DNA of 64,000 nt from Macrostomum lignano (lineage: Eukaryota). Below, one piece after another: positions 11,901 to 24,049 of this stretch. The notes under the pieces are model-generated. The model worked only from the letters and a program-made list of their open reading frames with translations, made no database searches and was not told the DNA's origin. The position numbers and the translations under genes are program-made. The stretch lies in contig NIVC01000230.1 in assembly GCA_002269645.1 (NCBI GenBank), forward strand, positions 745,024 to 809,023, written 5' to 3'. Each line of letters starts with the position of its first letter. The first letter of the stretch is position 1.

Positions 11901-14900
11901 ATCCTGGACCAGCTGATCTTCGGCACTTCATCAGCGAAGGTGCGCGAACGCCTCCTGCTAGAGCAAGAGCTCACCCTGGACGGAGCAATCCAGATTGCCG
12001 CCCAGGTGGAAAAAGCTATCCAGAGTGAGAAGTCCTTGACCGGCAAGAATGCAGCTGACGACGGCATCAGGAAGATCAACGCCAAGAGAGCTCCGACTGG
12101 CACCAGAGGCCAGGCAGCGCGACCACCGCAAGAGCCCTGCTGCTCGCACTGCGGTAAGCCGGGCCACCGCACAGGCAGCGACCCGCGCTGCGCTGCCCGT
12201 GGCAAAGCGTGTAAGAAGTGCGGGAAGCTTAACCACTTCGCCAGCGTGTGCAAGAGCAGCACCACGGCACCGCACTCGGCTCAGAAGAAGGTTCAATGCG
12301 TCGACTTCGACAGCTCCGCTCAGCAAAGCATCTTCGCCGTCAGCACGGACAAGAAGGGCGAGTACAAGAGAGCCAGCGTCAGGATCAACGGGTTCAGCAC
12401 TCCGCTGTTGGTGGACACAGCTGCCAAGGTCTCCATCATCAACATGCAGACCTGCAGGAAGATTTTCGGACCCAAGGTCCCCCTGCGACCGTCGGAGAGA
12501 CATCTCGTGTCGTACAACGGCTCCAGCATCAGCGTCGCCGGCGAGGTCGACGCCACGGTCGAGTTCGACTGCGTCCAGCTCCCGTCGTTCACCTTCACCG
12601 TCGTCATGGACGGCGATGACCTGATGGGAATCGACCTGATGGACAAGTTGAACTGCAGAGTTCTCGGGCCTTCCGGACATCAGATTGCTGCGGTCGAGTC
12701 CGAGGAGCCTCCGACCACGTCGATGCCCGAATGGATTCCAGCTAAGTACCACGCCTTGGGCACCGGACTCGGTGAGATCAAAGGGTTCTGCCACCGTCCC
12801 AGAGTTAACCCAACTGTGCCTCCCGTAGCTCAGCGTCTGCGCCGACTGCCTCTAGCGCTGCGCCAGGAGTGCGACAGCGAGATTCAACGCTTGAAGGAAG
12901 AAGGCATCATCGAGCGAGTCGACGGCGACATCCCTGATTGGCAGTCCAACGTCACCTGTGCCCGCAAGGCCGATGGGAAGCTGCGCCTCTGCGTTGATCT
13001 GCGAAGCGTCAACAAGGCGATCATCCCGGACTCGATGTCACTGCCTACCTTCGCCGATCTGGTGACCGAATTCAACAATTCGAAGTTTTTCTCAAGGATC
13101 GACCTCAACCAGTCGTATCTACAGCTGCCTCTGCACGATGACGCCAAGAATCTGACCTGCTTCCACACCGAATCCGGCCTCTACCGGTTCAGACAGATGC
13201 CGTTCGGCATCAGCTCGGCTCCGGCGGCCTTCCAGAAGGTCGTCGGCAAGATCCTCCAAGGCATCAGAGGCGTCGTTCACTACCAAGACGACATCGCCGT
13301 TCACGCCGCTACGGAAGCCGAGCATGAAAGTCGCGTACTTCAGGTACTGGACAAGCTGCTGCAGCATCGAGTAACCGTCAATCTCAAGAAGTGCACCTTC
13401 AAGGCGTCGGAGATCGAGTTCGTCGGACACCGCGTCAGCGCAGCGGGAATTCAACCTCTCCAGTCGCACACCGAGTCCGTATCGAAACTCAAGGCACCCA
13501 CCAATACGGCAGAGTTGGCTTCATTCCTAGGCTTTGCAAAGTTCTTCCAGTTCTACATCAAGAACCTGTCTCACGTCGCCGAGCCGCTGACAGCGCTCCT
13601 GCGCAAGGACGCGCCATGGAACTGGGACGCGAAATGCGAGGCAGCCTTCAGTGAGGTGAAGCGGCTCATCTCATCAGCACCGTGCCTGAAGTTCTTCGAC
13701 CAAGATCACGAAACCGTGGTCTCCTGCGACAGCAGCGACGTCGCCCTGGGCGCGACCCTGAGCCAAGTCGACGAGCACGGACAGCTGCGGCCAGTCGCCT
13801 TCGCCTCGCGAGCCCTATCCGACACCGAGCGCCGCTACTCTGCGTCAGAGAAGGAGGCCTTGGCCTGCGTCTGGAGCTGCGAGCAATGGCACCTGCTGCT
13901 GTACGGTCGCAAGTTCAAGCTTCTTACCGACCATCAAGCACTGACGACCCTGCTGTCACCTCGAGGAGTCGGCCAACGACCTCTTCGACTTCAGCGCTGG
14001 TGCGAGCGACTCTTCGTCTACGACTTCGACATCGAGTACGTCCCCGGCAAGCTCAACGTCCAGCCCGACTTTCTGTCTCGCTACGGCTACGACGGCAAGA
14101 GCGCAGCCAACGAGTCCAATGAGCAGCACCAGAGCGAGTCCGACATCAACCTGGTGCTGGCCAGAAGCGCCGAGCCGATCTCAGTCACTCAACTGGCCGA
14201 CGCAACCAAGAGCGACAACCAACTGCAGCGAGTCATCGGGTTTCTCATCAACGGATGGCCAGCCGAGGTTCCAGCCGACCTGAAGGGCTTCCACCAGGTG
14301 CAACACGAGCTCTACCTGTGGAACGATGGTTGCTGCCTGGCGAGAGGCAGCCGAGCCGTCATCCCGACTGACCTCCGCGACCTTGTGCTGGCAGAGGCGC
14401 ATCAAGGACATCTCGGCGTCGCCAAGGTCAAGGCGCGGTGCCGCGATATGGTCTGGTGGCCGCGCATCGACAGCGACGTGGAGGCCTTCGTGCGGAACTG
14501 CAGTGCCTGCGTCCTGTCCGAGAAAGCGTTCAAGCCGATCAAGGTCCCATGGTCAACGACGGAGCTACCAGCGGGTCCATGGCAACAGCTGCAAGTCGAT
14601 ATCGTTGGAGAGCTGCCGGAAGCCAATGTGCCGCAGTCCCATCGATTCTTCATCGTCGTCCACGATCTCTACTCCAAGTGGCCTGAGATCATCGCATCTT
14701 CATCCGTGACTTCCGCTGCGTGTATCGAAGCCCTTCGCAGCCTGTTCGTCCGCTGGGGGCTTCCAGACGAAATTACCACGGACAACGGACCTCAGTTTGT
14801 GTCAACCGAGTTCACGGACTTCCTCAGCTCGCTCGGCATCAAGCACCGTCGCACTCCGTTCTACTGTCCACAGCAGAAAGGCGGAGTCGAGAGATTCAAC

Positions 14901-17624
14901 GGCTTCATCAAGACGTCACTGCGCGCACTACTCGCCGACGGTGTGCCAGTGAAGCACGCGGTTCAGGAGCTGCTGCTCGCGTATCGATCATCTGAGCACG
15001 CGCTGACCAAGAAGTCGCCGGCTGAACTGATGCTGGGACGGAAGCTCCGCCTGCCTCTCGATCGTCTTCAACCAGCAAGCACCGAGTCAACGACGGACCA
15101 GGAGCTGCGGCGCAGCGTCACGGAGCGACAGCAGCGGGCCAAGAGCCGCCGCCGGATGCGCAAGCGGAACCAGCCGCTGAAGGACGCAGCGTTGACTGTC
15201 GGGAGCCGCGTCCGCGTCCGCCGGCCGAGGCGCGGAAAGCTCAGCAGCGGCGTCTCCGAGCCACAGACAGTCGTCAGTCGCGAGGGCAACACCATCACTC
15301 TGACCGATGGCAGCCGCTGGCACATCAGCCGCTGCATCCTTGATGACCACCACGGCTGGGGTGACGGGGCCGACGACACAGAGGCTCTGCAACAGCCGGA
15401 CGGCGGGAGACCAGAGGCGGCGCCACCGCCAACGCCACCGCTGCGCCGCTCTGAGAGACTTCGTGCACCGCCTCAATGGTTCGGCAACGTTGTGACTCAC
15501 GATTGACTGACTTGACTAACTGACTGCTCATGCACCGAAAACTGTTCCATTGACATTGCTTGCTTTAATGCGTCTGCTTATCCCACCCGTAATCTGTCAC
15601 CTCTTTGCACGGGGAGATATGTTGTGAATGTGCATGCTCAATGCTATTATGTAACGTACGCGCATCGATGTACATCTAGCTCATATCAGTCAGATAATAT
15701 ATATTGGCCAGCTCACTGTAGCTGAGAGCCACCTCTCCTCTCCTTCGCCTTACGTGAATTGATTTCATTCATTTGGCCAGCGGCCACAACACTGAGAATT
15801 GAATGTAGTTAAACAAGTGAGGTAGCTTGGCAGCCTTCGTATTTATAAAAACGGTGGGAGCTAGGGTTAAATAAGACTGGGCTTGAGCACTATAGTCTGC
15901 ATGGTGTACGAGTAAAGCGAAGTTGATGAGCAAAGTACATTTGAAGTAATAAATAAAACCTTTCTCACATGCCTACTTCTCGCAGGCTTCAAGCCAGACA
16001 TGTCTCTGGGCTTCAGAGCTCCGTTCATGCGCAAGACGCAAGCCCAGGTGTTCGGAGAGACGGTCTCGAAGGTCGATCGTGACGCCACGCCATGCAGCAA
16101 CGACCTGCCGAATGTCACCTACACAATGAACTACTCGTATCCGGGTAGCTTTGAGGATCAGAGCTTTTTTAGCACCTACCAGGACTGCGTGATAAGACGG
16201 ATGCAAATGGATTATAAAAGCACCTGCGGTTGTCTGGGCACGCACCTGCCATTGCCCAGCGACCTGCTTAACGACACGGATGTGTGCCATCGACTGCCAG
16301 AGGAGGTGAGAGCATCGAACACGGGTGCTAATTGCTTTACCTTGGCGACCCGAATCTTAAGAGACTCGTTAACCGATCCTCTCTTACATTTCAGATGCTG
16401 ATCAATTATAATATAAACTACCGAACTAACAAAAACAACTTCACAGAGTACATAATAAAGAACAAAACTCATAGTTATTACCCACTGACGGATTACCTAC
16501 AGGCCAACTGGGAAACACTTGACTTCAATCTCAGCAGAAGCTTATTCAGGTGCTACCACCGAGTGCTGCGCCGTCACAAGACGCAGGGAGTCTCTGACAA
16601 GCACTGCCCAGTGCGCTGCACCAATACTCGCTACAGGGTCTACAGCACCATCACCTCCTGGCCAATGGACGTAAATCTTGCGTCGGAAATTGTCCGCGGC
16701 TACGTAAAAGACAACCTGGATCAGATTAGCGGCACAGATCTATTTAGAGACCGGCTACAATACATGTACGACAACCCAAATTTCACATTTAACGAAGTGC
16801 AAAGCCTGAGCGTGCTGGACCTGTACCCGATGTCTGTCAAGACGAGCGTCTTCACCGAATCGTTTGCCTATCCTCTGCGGAATTTGTTCTCGGATCTGGG
16901 CGGAATTCTCGGTGAGAGACTGTTTATTGCATGGAAACTCAAGACGTTTCAGCCAGTAGCTACTTGTACAAAAAGATTTGGCCGCTATACTAACCGTTTT
17001 GGTGTAGCTATAGGAGCCTGCAGGCACAGAGTAGACCATTGCAGTCACAGTAAATTGCATGTATTCTATAACTTCAAAGGCAGGAACTCATCATTTTCTT
17101 CATTGATATTCTTTTAGACAGTGAGTCTGGAATGGTGCTGACTAAGTCACTAAGATTTTAATAATAATAAGGATGAAATGAAAAATTTCTGAGCGCTGAG
17201 GAGACTACCTCGATTGAGTATTGCCTGAGTAGCTCGTACCTCACTCAACAAAGCAACTTACATACAGCTTTCGCATTCGCTTCATTTTACAGGCCTATGG
17301 GTTGGAGTGTCCATTGTGACCTTAATGGAATTTTTGGAGCTTTTAGTTCAACTGGCCCAGCTGATCACCAAGGGACTAGTTTCAGCATCAAAGAAATCAG
17401 GAAGTGCCCAGGATCAAGCTGAACAAAGTACCCAGAGAAGATCGCGACAAAGCATCTACACGGTCGAGATGGCTATGTACGACTCCAAACTGTTTGCTGA
17501 ATCGTCTGAGAAGGCGTTAAGTTTTGCGCCACCATCAAATCTGTCGCCAATAGTGACTGAAGCCGACTTTGGCAAAGACTACGTGAAGCACAAGTCATCA
17601 ATACTGGAAAAGTTCTCGGTCTGA
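8938..17624 (+). CDS. DEG/ENaC (ASIC-like) sodium channel subunit, paralog 2, complete; exons 8938-9277, 9533-9785, 9889-10049, 15986-16305, 16395-16911, 17293-17624
   Basis: N-terminal TTAHGF (HG gating motif), TM1, post-TM1 FPSVTICP, CRYNSEPC, GPGNGLYLVL, thumb cysteines, SDLGGILG|LWVGVSIVTLMEFLE. All six exons join with GT-AG and matching phases (1,2,1,0,1). Intron 3 (10050-15985) holds the Gypsy element. Confidence 0.92.
11164..11335 (+). repeat. 5' LTR (172 bp)
   Basis: Matches 15620-15791 except GCCTTTCGTG vs GCCTTACGTG. Confidence 0.97.
11466..15506 (+). CDS. gag-pol: Gag-Pol polyprotein (Gag with two Zn knuckles, protease, RT, RNase H, integrase)
   Basis: Uninterrupted ORF: CSHCGKPGH...C and CKKCGKLNHFASVC knuckles; protease LLVDTAAKVS; RT YQDD; RNase H CDSS...EKEALA; integrase HQGH...CSAC, DIVG / TDNGPQF / GGVERFN. 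Domain order PR-RT-RH-IN is Gypsy type. Confidence 0.97.
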   Translation: MSSSDNATAPALRLNLREPPPFLDNPGTPVVSWETWAAEFDTYLLASGVDGLQEARKIALLVHCLGREGVRVYRTLIKSPAEAPATLKAACKLLKEHFQPTVSVYAKRHDFRKCVQRSGEGVHAFVANLRHAARDCEFQSLHDDLILDQLIFGTSSAKVRERLLLEQELTLDGAIQIAAQVEKAIQSEKSLTGKNAADDGIRKINAKRAPTGTRGQAARPPQEPCCSHCGKPGHRTGSDPRCAARGKACKKCGKLNHFASVCKSSTTAPHSAQKKVQCVDFDSSAQQSIFAVSTDKKGEYKRASVRINGFSTPLLVDTAAKVSIINMQTCRKIFGPKVPLRPSERHLVSYNGSSISVAGEVDATVEFDCVQLPSFTFTVVMDGDDLMGIDLMDKLNCRVLGPSGHQIAAVESEEPPTTSMPEWIPAKYHALGTGLGEIKGFCHRPRVNPTVPPVAQRLRRLPLALRQECDSEIQRLKEEGIIERVDGDIPDWQSNVTCARKADGKLRLCVDLRSVNKAIIPDSMSLPTFADLVTEFNNSKFFSRIDLNQSYLQLPLHDDAKNLTCFHTESGLYRFRQMPFGISSAPAAFQKVVGKILQGIRGVVHYQDDIAVHAATEAEHESRVLQVLDKLLQHRVTVNLKKCTFKASEIEFVGHRVSAAGIQPLQSHTESVSKLKAPTNTAELASFLGFAKFFQFYIKNLSHVAEPLTALLRKDAPWNWDAKCEAAFSEVKRLISSAPCLKFFDQDHETVVSCDSSDVALGATLSQVDEHGQLRPVAFASRALSDTERRYSASEKEALACVWSCEQWHLLLYGRKFKLLTDHQALTTLLSPRGVGQRPLRLQRWCERLFVYDFDIEYVPGKLNVQPDFLSRYGYDGKSAANESNEQHQSESDINLVLARSAEPISVTQLADATKSDNQLQRVIGFLINGWPAEVPADLKGFHQVQHELYLWNDGCCLARGSRAVIPTDLRDLVLAEAHQGHLGVAKVKARCRDMVWWPRIDSDVEAFVRNCSACVLSEKAFKPIKVPWSTTELPAGPWQQLQVDIVGELPEANVPQSHRFFIVVHDLYSKWPEIIASSSVTSAACIEALRSLFVRWGLPDEITTDNGPQFVSTEFTDFLSSLGIKHRRTPFYCPQQKGGVERFNGFIKTSLRALLADGVPVKHAVQELLLAYRSSEHALTKKSPAELMLGRKLRLPLDRLQPASTESTTDQELRRSVTERQQRAKSRRRMRKRNQPLKDAALTVGSRVRVRRPRRGKLSSGVSEPQTVVSREGNTITLTDGSRWHISRCILDDHHGWGDGADDTEALQQPDGGRPEAAPPPTPPLRRSERLRAPPQWFGNVVTHD
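15620..15791 (+). repeat. 3' LTR (172 bp)
   Basis: Direct repeat of 11164-11335, preceded by the polypurine tract. Confidence 0.97.
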
Positions 17625-18715
17625 CTGAAGGGCGTTGCTTTTAGGCAATGTGAAAAACGGACAAAATTGTAATGTGACTGCATGGCTAAGGACTGTTGGT
17701 CATTGTCAGAACAAAGCTCGTATTTTGGCTGAATTGTAAGTTAAACTCATTATTGCGTAAAATGTGAATCATGAATTAGATGCACACATTGATTACCAGT
17801 ACAAAATTCAGACTTTCGCCGACGTAATTCAAGCGTCGATATGAGTTAGAGGTTGGTATTTTACATTTCGCAGACGGATTCCATGGACATTCGAAAACTC
17901 TTAACTTTCTACTTATTTGGCAAATTATTAATTATTCCTTTCTTCGCCGCCATTAGTTGCAATGCAGAAAGTGGTCATTTTCTAACTGACGTCGCTGAAG
18001 TGTCTGCTGAACTCGAATTGTTGTTTGGGTTACCTGACTAAACATTTTGAAGTTTTTCCTTTCTGAGTTCACTGTTTTCAACATTCTTAAATGTTTATTT
18101 TTTATGAATGATGCATTATAGCATTCCTAGCATGTTCTTTGAACTTAAACGTTCATTGAACTTAAACAATTGTCTGTAGATGTGTTTGTTTTTGTCAATA
18201 AGTCAGGGAATTCAATTATTTATCATTTTTAACACAACTGTTCGATAGAAGCTCTAGTTTTGCAAATAAATCCGTGAAATCTAAAGAATGACTAAAATCT
18301 AAATCCTAAAAAGTCTAAGATTCACCGACAATTAATGCTCCTTGGGTCTGCTCTTGCAATTGACATCCTAGAGGGCCAACCATGGATCTTATGTTCTATA
18401 GATCGTATATATGATCTTTGGGGCCACCCCCCAAAGCACATTGAAGTGTACATGCCTGAAGCGAAACCGACATTCTATGTTTGGGATCGAGCAAAAAAGT
18501 GACTACTTTTTATAGAGTGACACATCTAGTTTTTTTGGGATCTATGCTATAGGCTATGTTGCAAGCTAAAGGATATTTTAACTTATTTAGTTATTAGCGC
18601 CTAGAACGGGCGATGCGTGAAAAGAGCTGTTATTGAGAGATGATACTGAGACCACAGCCAGATAAACTGAGACAGTCAACAAGAAAGAACCTAGCAAAGT
18701 AGAAAGCATGCACTG

Positions 18716-19525
18716 AGACACTGAACCACCCCTAGCAACCCCAGCTGGCAAACATCTAGACACTAAACCCCTAGCTACCCCAGCTGGCAAACATCTACAG
18801 ACACTGAAGTACCCTAGCAACCCCAGCTGTTAAACATCTACAGACACTGAACCACCCTAGCAACCCCAGCTGTTAAACATCTACAGACACTAAAGTACCC
18901 TAGCAACCCCAGCTGGCAAACATCTACAGACACTAAGCCCCTAGCAACCCCAGCTGGTAAACATCTACAGACACTGAAACTCCTAGCAACCCCAGCTGGT
19001 AAACATCTACAGACACTGAAACTCCTAGCAACTTCAGCTGGCAAACATCTACAGACACTAAGCCCCTCGCAACTTCAGCTGGCAAACATCTACAGACACT
19101 GAAACTCCTCGCAACTTCAGCTGGCAAACATCTACAGACACTAAGCCCCTAGCAACCCCAGCTGGTAAACATCTACAGACACTGAGACCCTAGCAACCCC
19201 AGTTGGTAAACATCTACAGACACTGAAGCCCTAGCAACCCCAGCTGGTAAACATCTACAGACACTGAAGTCCTAGCAACCCCAGCTGGTGAACATCTACA
19301 GACACTGAACCACCCTAGCAACCCCAGCTGGTAAACATCTACAGACACTGAAGCCCTAGCAACCCCAGCTGTTAAACATCTACAGACACTGAACCACCCT
19401 AGCAACCCCAGCTGGCAAACATCTACAGACACTGAACCACCCTGGAAACCCCAGCTGGCAAACATCTACAGACACTGAACCACCCTAGCAACCCCAGCTG
19501 GCAGACATCTACAGACACTGAACCC
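18716..19525. repeat. ~40-bp minisatellite, ~20 copies (CCCTAGCAACCCCAGCTGGYAAACATCTACAGACACTGAA)
   Basis: Direct tandem repeat with unit length 39-43. Confidence 0.95.
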
Positions 19526-21654
19526 CTGTAGAAATTCAACCTAGCAAAGATCCTCAGGCACTGAATTGCCTCATGCAAACCCGTCCATCGAGCTGGCAGA
19601 AGCACCTGAAACTATAAACATCGCATCAATCTAAATAATTTTATTACGATTCCCTAAAAAAATAACGCATCTTTAAAAAAACTAAGAAGAAAACAAGCAT
19701 TTCAGATTATTATTTAAATCCAGAGTCGCCAACACGATCTACGTCGTAATCAGATGTCTAAATTTGTACTTTATTAAACTGCCAACAAAAAACCAAGCTT
19801 ATCCATCCCAAATGACAAAAGCTAAACTTTCAGACGCAGTTCGGCATTACTCTCCTCTCCAAATGAAACTGGAACTCAGTCCTTCTTGAACCCGATAGTC
19901 TCGGCGTACTGTCTGAAGCACTGACGACAGACGCTCAGGCCGTATTTGCGAATAATACCGTGTCTGTTTGAGCACACGCGGCAGCAGCGACTGCCGGGGC
20001 CATACTTTTTTGGATGCGCGTGCCAGATTGTGGAGAAGGGCATTGTTCTGGATTTTGTGTCTGTAACAGCTTTGTCTGGAAAAAATAATTTGATTAATAC
20101 TGAGCTAATTTATATTCAGTATAAATAGTTAAATGGTAGCCTGAAACTTTCCAAAGGATTCATATAGCCATATTTTATCTAATTAAGACTTTATGGAATC
20201 TCTACCTTAGCCATAATTTGCTCTGAGTCTCTGACCCACAGAAGTTGCAGGAGTTTGCAGACTATTATTAACAGATTAATCTAATCATACTATAATCATA
20301 TTCATTGTATACCAGTTACTAGAAATTCACATTTGTGTACAGCAACAAAAATTTTTTTTAGACTTCACATTGACCAAGATAATAGGATAGACAGTTTATC
20401 CTTTTAAAATAAATCATCAGATTGTAATGCAAAATATAAAACTATGAACTAAATAATACAAACCTAGGTAAAATATTGTAGCAATTTGGCATTAGGGGTA
20501 CAAATTTAAGATACCAAAATAAAATTTACTATAATAAGCCTAACATTACTATGACATAAAAAACCTATGAGTACATGAGAAAACAATTTAGAATTAGAAG
20601 GCACTTATACACAAACTGGTTATACAAAAACTAGGTCAAGTCATTGCACATTGTCTTTTTATTGTTTAGCTTCATAATCAATCACTGTACATGCAACCAT
20701 TCACCATGGTATCACTAGGCTAACACAAAGTCAAAAAGTAATGTTTACTTCATTCTTACAAAAAGTGAACATACATGTATTATCCAATGTTCAAAAATAT
20801 GAATTGTAATTGATATTCCTTAAAAACACAAAATATTCTACTCTCACTATTGATAAGATTTGTTTCATAATTGTCATTAATACTTGACCATAGATATCTG
20901 CATTTTTTATTCTTACTTAACATGTTCAAGATTTTACCCTAAAACTTAGAGTCAACAAACAATAGCTCTTACTAGTAGACATAATCCTTTTTTATTAGCC
21001 TAAACTAGAGTCTTATTATGCAAATTGCATTATTCATAGTTGAGATATAAAAACCAATATTACCAAAGTCTAGTATGCATGATCTTTTGGGCTACAAAAG
21101 ATAAAAAAGCTGATACTGACCTAGTCAGGTTGTTATTTCTAGGAAAATGCAGTCCTGCTTTAAAAAAATTCTTCTATATACATTTTAAGTGTTTTATATT
21201 GTTAACCAAATCAAATACTTATTCTCAATGAAAAAAAAATTGTTGCTAACTATGAACATAAATGCAATGAAAATGGCAATTTTATCATGCTGGGGCCTTG
21301 TCTTCGAGAGTCATTTAGCAACATTACAAAGTTTTTATCCTTAGCACTAGTAAGCAAATTATTTTGAATGCTTAATACTAGGGATTTTTAAATTAAATAT
21401 TATGGTTCAAATTCAATTGGCAGGTTTATAGAACAAAAGAAATAATAATTTTTGTTATAACCTATTTATTAGTATAATGATTAGGCCTATATAATTGCAA
21501 TGTTTAACTTACAGGTCTAGTGCAAAGTAAAGAGTAAGAGTCATAATTTACAAAGGAGATCATCAAGAAGTGGCTTCTTATTGGGATAAAGCAGGGGTTA
21601 GCAACTTTTTTTCCTCAAAGGCCAGATAAAAAACCTAGCATATGATTACAGGCC

Positions 21655-21885
21655 AAAGGAAAGAGAAAATAGGAAAGAGAGATAAGAGAATAGAAAACTG
21701 AGGGAATAAAGAAGAAAGAAAAGAAAGAAGAGAATAGGCCTAAAAGAGAAGAAAAAAAGAAAAGAAATAAAAAGAGAAGAAAAATACAAAAAAGAAAAGG
21801 AAAAAGGAAAAAAGAAAATAAAGAGAAGAGAGAATAGAAAGGGGAAAAGAAAGGAAGAAAATAAAGAGTAGAAAAGAGAAGACAC
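21655..21885. repeat. Purine-rich (A/G) low-complexity tract
   Basis: Almost only A and G on the + strand; the F/L/S-rich minus-strand ORFs are artefacts of this. Confidence 0.85.
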
Positions 21886-22420
21886 AAACCTTAATTAGGC
21901 TGGATTGCTATTAAGAAGTTTTAGAGGACCCAAAGGCCTGATTAAAAGGCTTTGCAAACCACATATGGCTTATGAGTTGGAGTTTGCTGCCTTTTGGTGA
22001 AAAGGATATCAACTTTTTAATTTTAAAGATAAAAAAATAACTTTTCACTAAAACTAGATAAAAGGAAAATTTGAATAATATTTTTTTGTTGAAGATCATC
22101 TTCATTCTTTAGTTTAGCATAAATTGTCAAAATATTAAGGAGCTAAAATATACATTCTAGATTTTTTAATTCTTAGAATATTCTTAAAAGAAAATTGCAA
22201 TTGTTAGGCTTTAAGCTCAAGTTTTTTATATAACCTACTAAATAATAATAAGCCTCGTTGATAGTTGTTTATGTCAGTCTATTTGTCTGCTGCCAGTTTG
22301 CCATTTTTTGTTTGCAAAAATATAATAATGAACTTATATTTTATTTAATAACCAAATAGAGTAATATTTACTAATACTAACAATTAATAATTAATATTCA
22401 AAGTATAAATATATCTAAAA

Positions 22421-23335
22421 TATTCCTTTTTGTGGCCTATAGTTGGTACTGCAAGCTTTTAATTTAATCATAGATACAGAAACCAGGCTTGCAAGACAGA
22501 AAAGTTTCTGTCTATGGTTGACACTCATTGGCATAGCAAAGTTTAATTTAATCCTGGGGGCATCAATTTGATCATTCTATGCATTCAATGCACATTTTTA
22601 CTGTTAGCAAAACAAACTTGTTTTTACATCATATGATCTTCGGACAGACTATAATGGCAGTCAGGTTCCAGATGTTCATCTAAGATTTGGTGCAAAGTGT
22701 GATGAGTTGTGGTGATGTACTTAATGGCAAAAAGTCTGTGTGATCATGGATAATGTCCATTTTCATCATGGAGTGACAATCCCAGATCAATTTCAGCCTG
22801 CTTGGTGCCTGGTGACATTGACTCCATACTTGCCATTCTTCAATCCTGTGGAAAACGCGCACACCTGCCTGAAGGCAGCCATAAAATGCCAGCTGGCTCA
22901 ACCACAACTGCAAGAAGAGCTAGACACTCTGCCTAATGGTCATTTGCTATAAGAGTGGCAAATCCTTGTCCTACAGAGGAGTGCAGAGGACACAACCCGT
23001 GAAGTTACCATTGCAAAATGCGAGGCTGGTACCGGCAGATTCTGAGATTTATTTCAGCTTGACTTGACGACATCCAATGCTAAAGCTTTTATTTGTTTAT
23101 TTTATTGTTCTGTTTTAGATTTTCTCAATGATAAGTAAATGACTTGTGTTATAGCACTGGATATCTAACATTATATGATTAGAAAGATCAAATTGATCCC
23201 CCAGGATTAAATTGAAATCCGCTATACCAATGAGTGTCAACCATAAACAGAAAATTTTTAGTCTTGCAAGCCTGATTTCTGTATCTATGATTAAATTTAA
23301 AGCTTGCAATACCAACTAGGCCACAAAAAGGAATA
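22421..23335 (+). mobile_element. Internally deleted Tc1/IS630-superfamily DNA transposon (~0.9 kb, ~160-bp TIRs, TA flanks)
   Basis: 22421-22579 and 23180-23335 are imperfect inverted repeats with TA at both outer ends. The internal ORF IMDNVHFHH...LTPYLPFFNPVENA matches the DN-x-xFH / PYSP-xxNPIE half of the DDE domain. Confidence 0.85.
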
Positions 23336-24049
23336 ATATTCCCAAATGTTCTCTTTTTTAAGTCAAGACTAGGGCCTATGGCCTATTTTTTTATATTTTA
23401 ATAACCAATGACAATGTCTCAATCATTAGGCCACATTATTTTATAATAGGTCTAGATAATAGAGAATAGAGTAATTAGTTATCTAGTTAAAAATGTAGTA
23501 ATTCATTAAAATATATTGTTTGGAAGATAGTCACCCTTAAAATTTATTGTTTTCTTAATGTATTTTTTAATTTTAATTAATTATATTAAAGCGTATATAT
23601 TATAATAGATTATCATTGTCATATAATCAAAATTCATTGTTAAATTTATAACATCTGCTAATTAATTTAGCAGATATATTATGATAAACAAACAAAATAA
23701 AATTAGACAAGTGTAAAGCCTTTGCTATTTGTTGGCAGTTTGACCATAGACAATAATACTTTTTATTTGTTTCCATTAAGACTTGTTTACTTGTTAACAT
23801 TTTGGCCATAGACTATTGTAGCTTTTTAGTGTCAAATACATTATAACAAGTTTTGGAGCATAGTATTAGTGCCTGATTAAGCTTAAGTCTCTTAAAAATA
23901 ATTATGTGTACTTAAAATAGTTCATAAAGTATTTTTCTAGACTCAAAATAATTTAACAAATGGAACCTAACAATTGCCTAAAATTAAAATCTTTAAATCT
24001 TAATATCTTTAAATGATATCTTATTATTAGGCCTAATAAAAATAATAAC

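Larger units (their letters stand above)
11164..15791 (+). mobile_element. Full-length Ty3/Gypsy LTR retrotransposon (Mag-like organisation)
   Basis: Two 172-bp LTRs (11164-11335, 15620-15791) with TGTTGTG...CACAACA ends and one mismatch; 5-bp TSD CTGAG (11159-11163, 15792-15796); purine tract GGGGAGA at 15611-15617; single gag-pol ORF. Confidence 0.97.

Noticed and set aside
11604-15531. Many overlapping alternative-frame and antisense ORFs in the Gypsy element and GPCR region
   Set aside because: Expected shadow ORFs of GC-rich coding sequence; no motifs.
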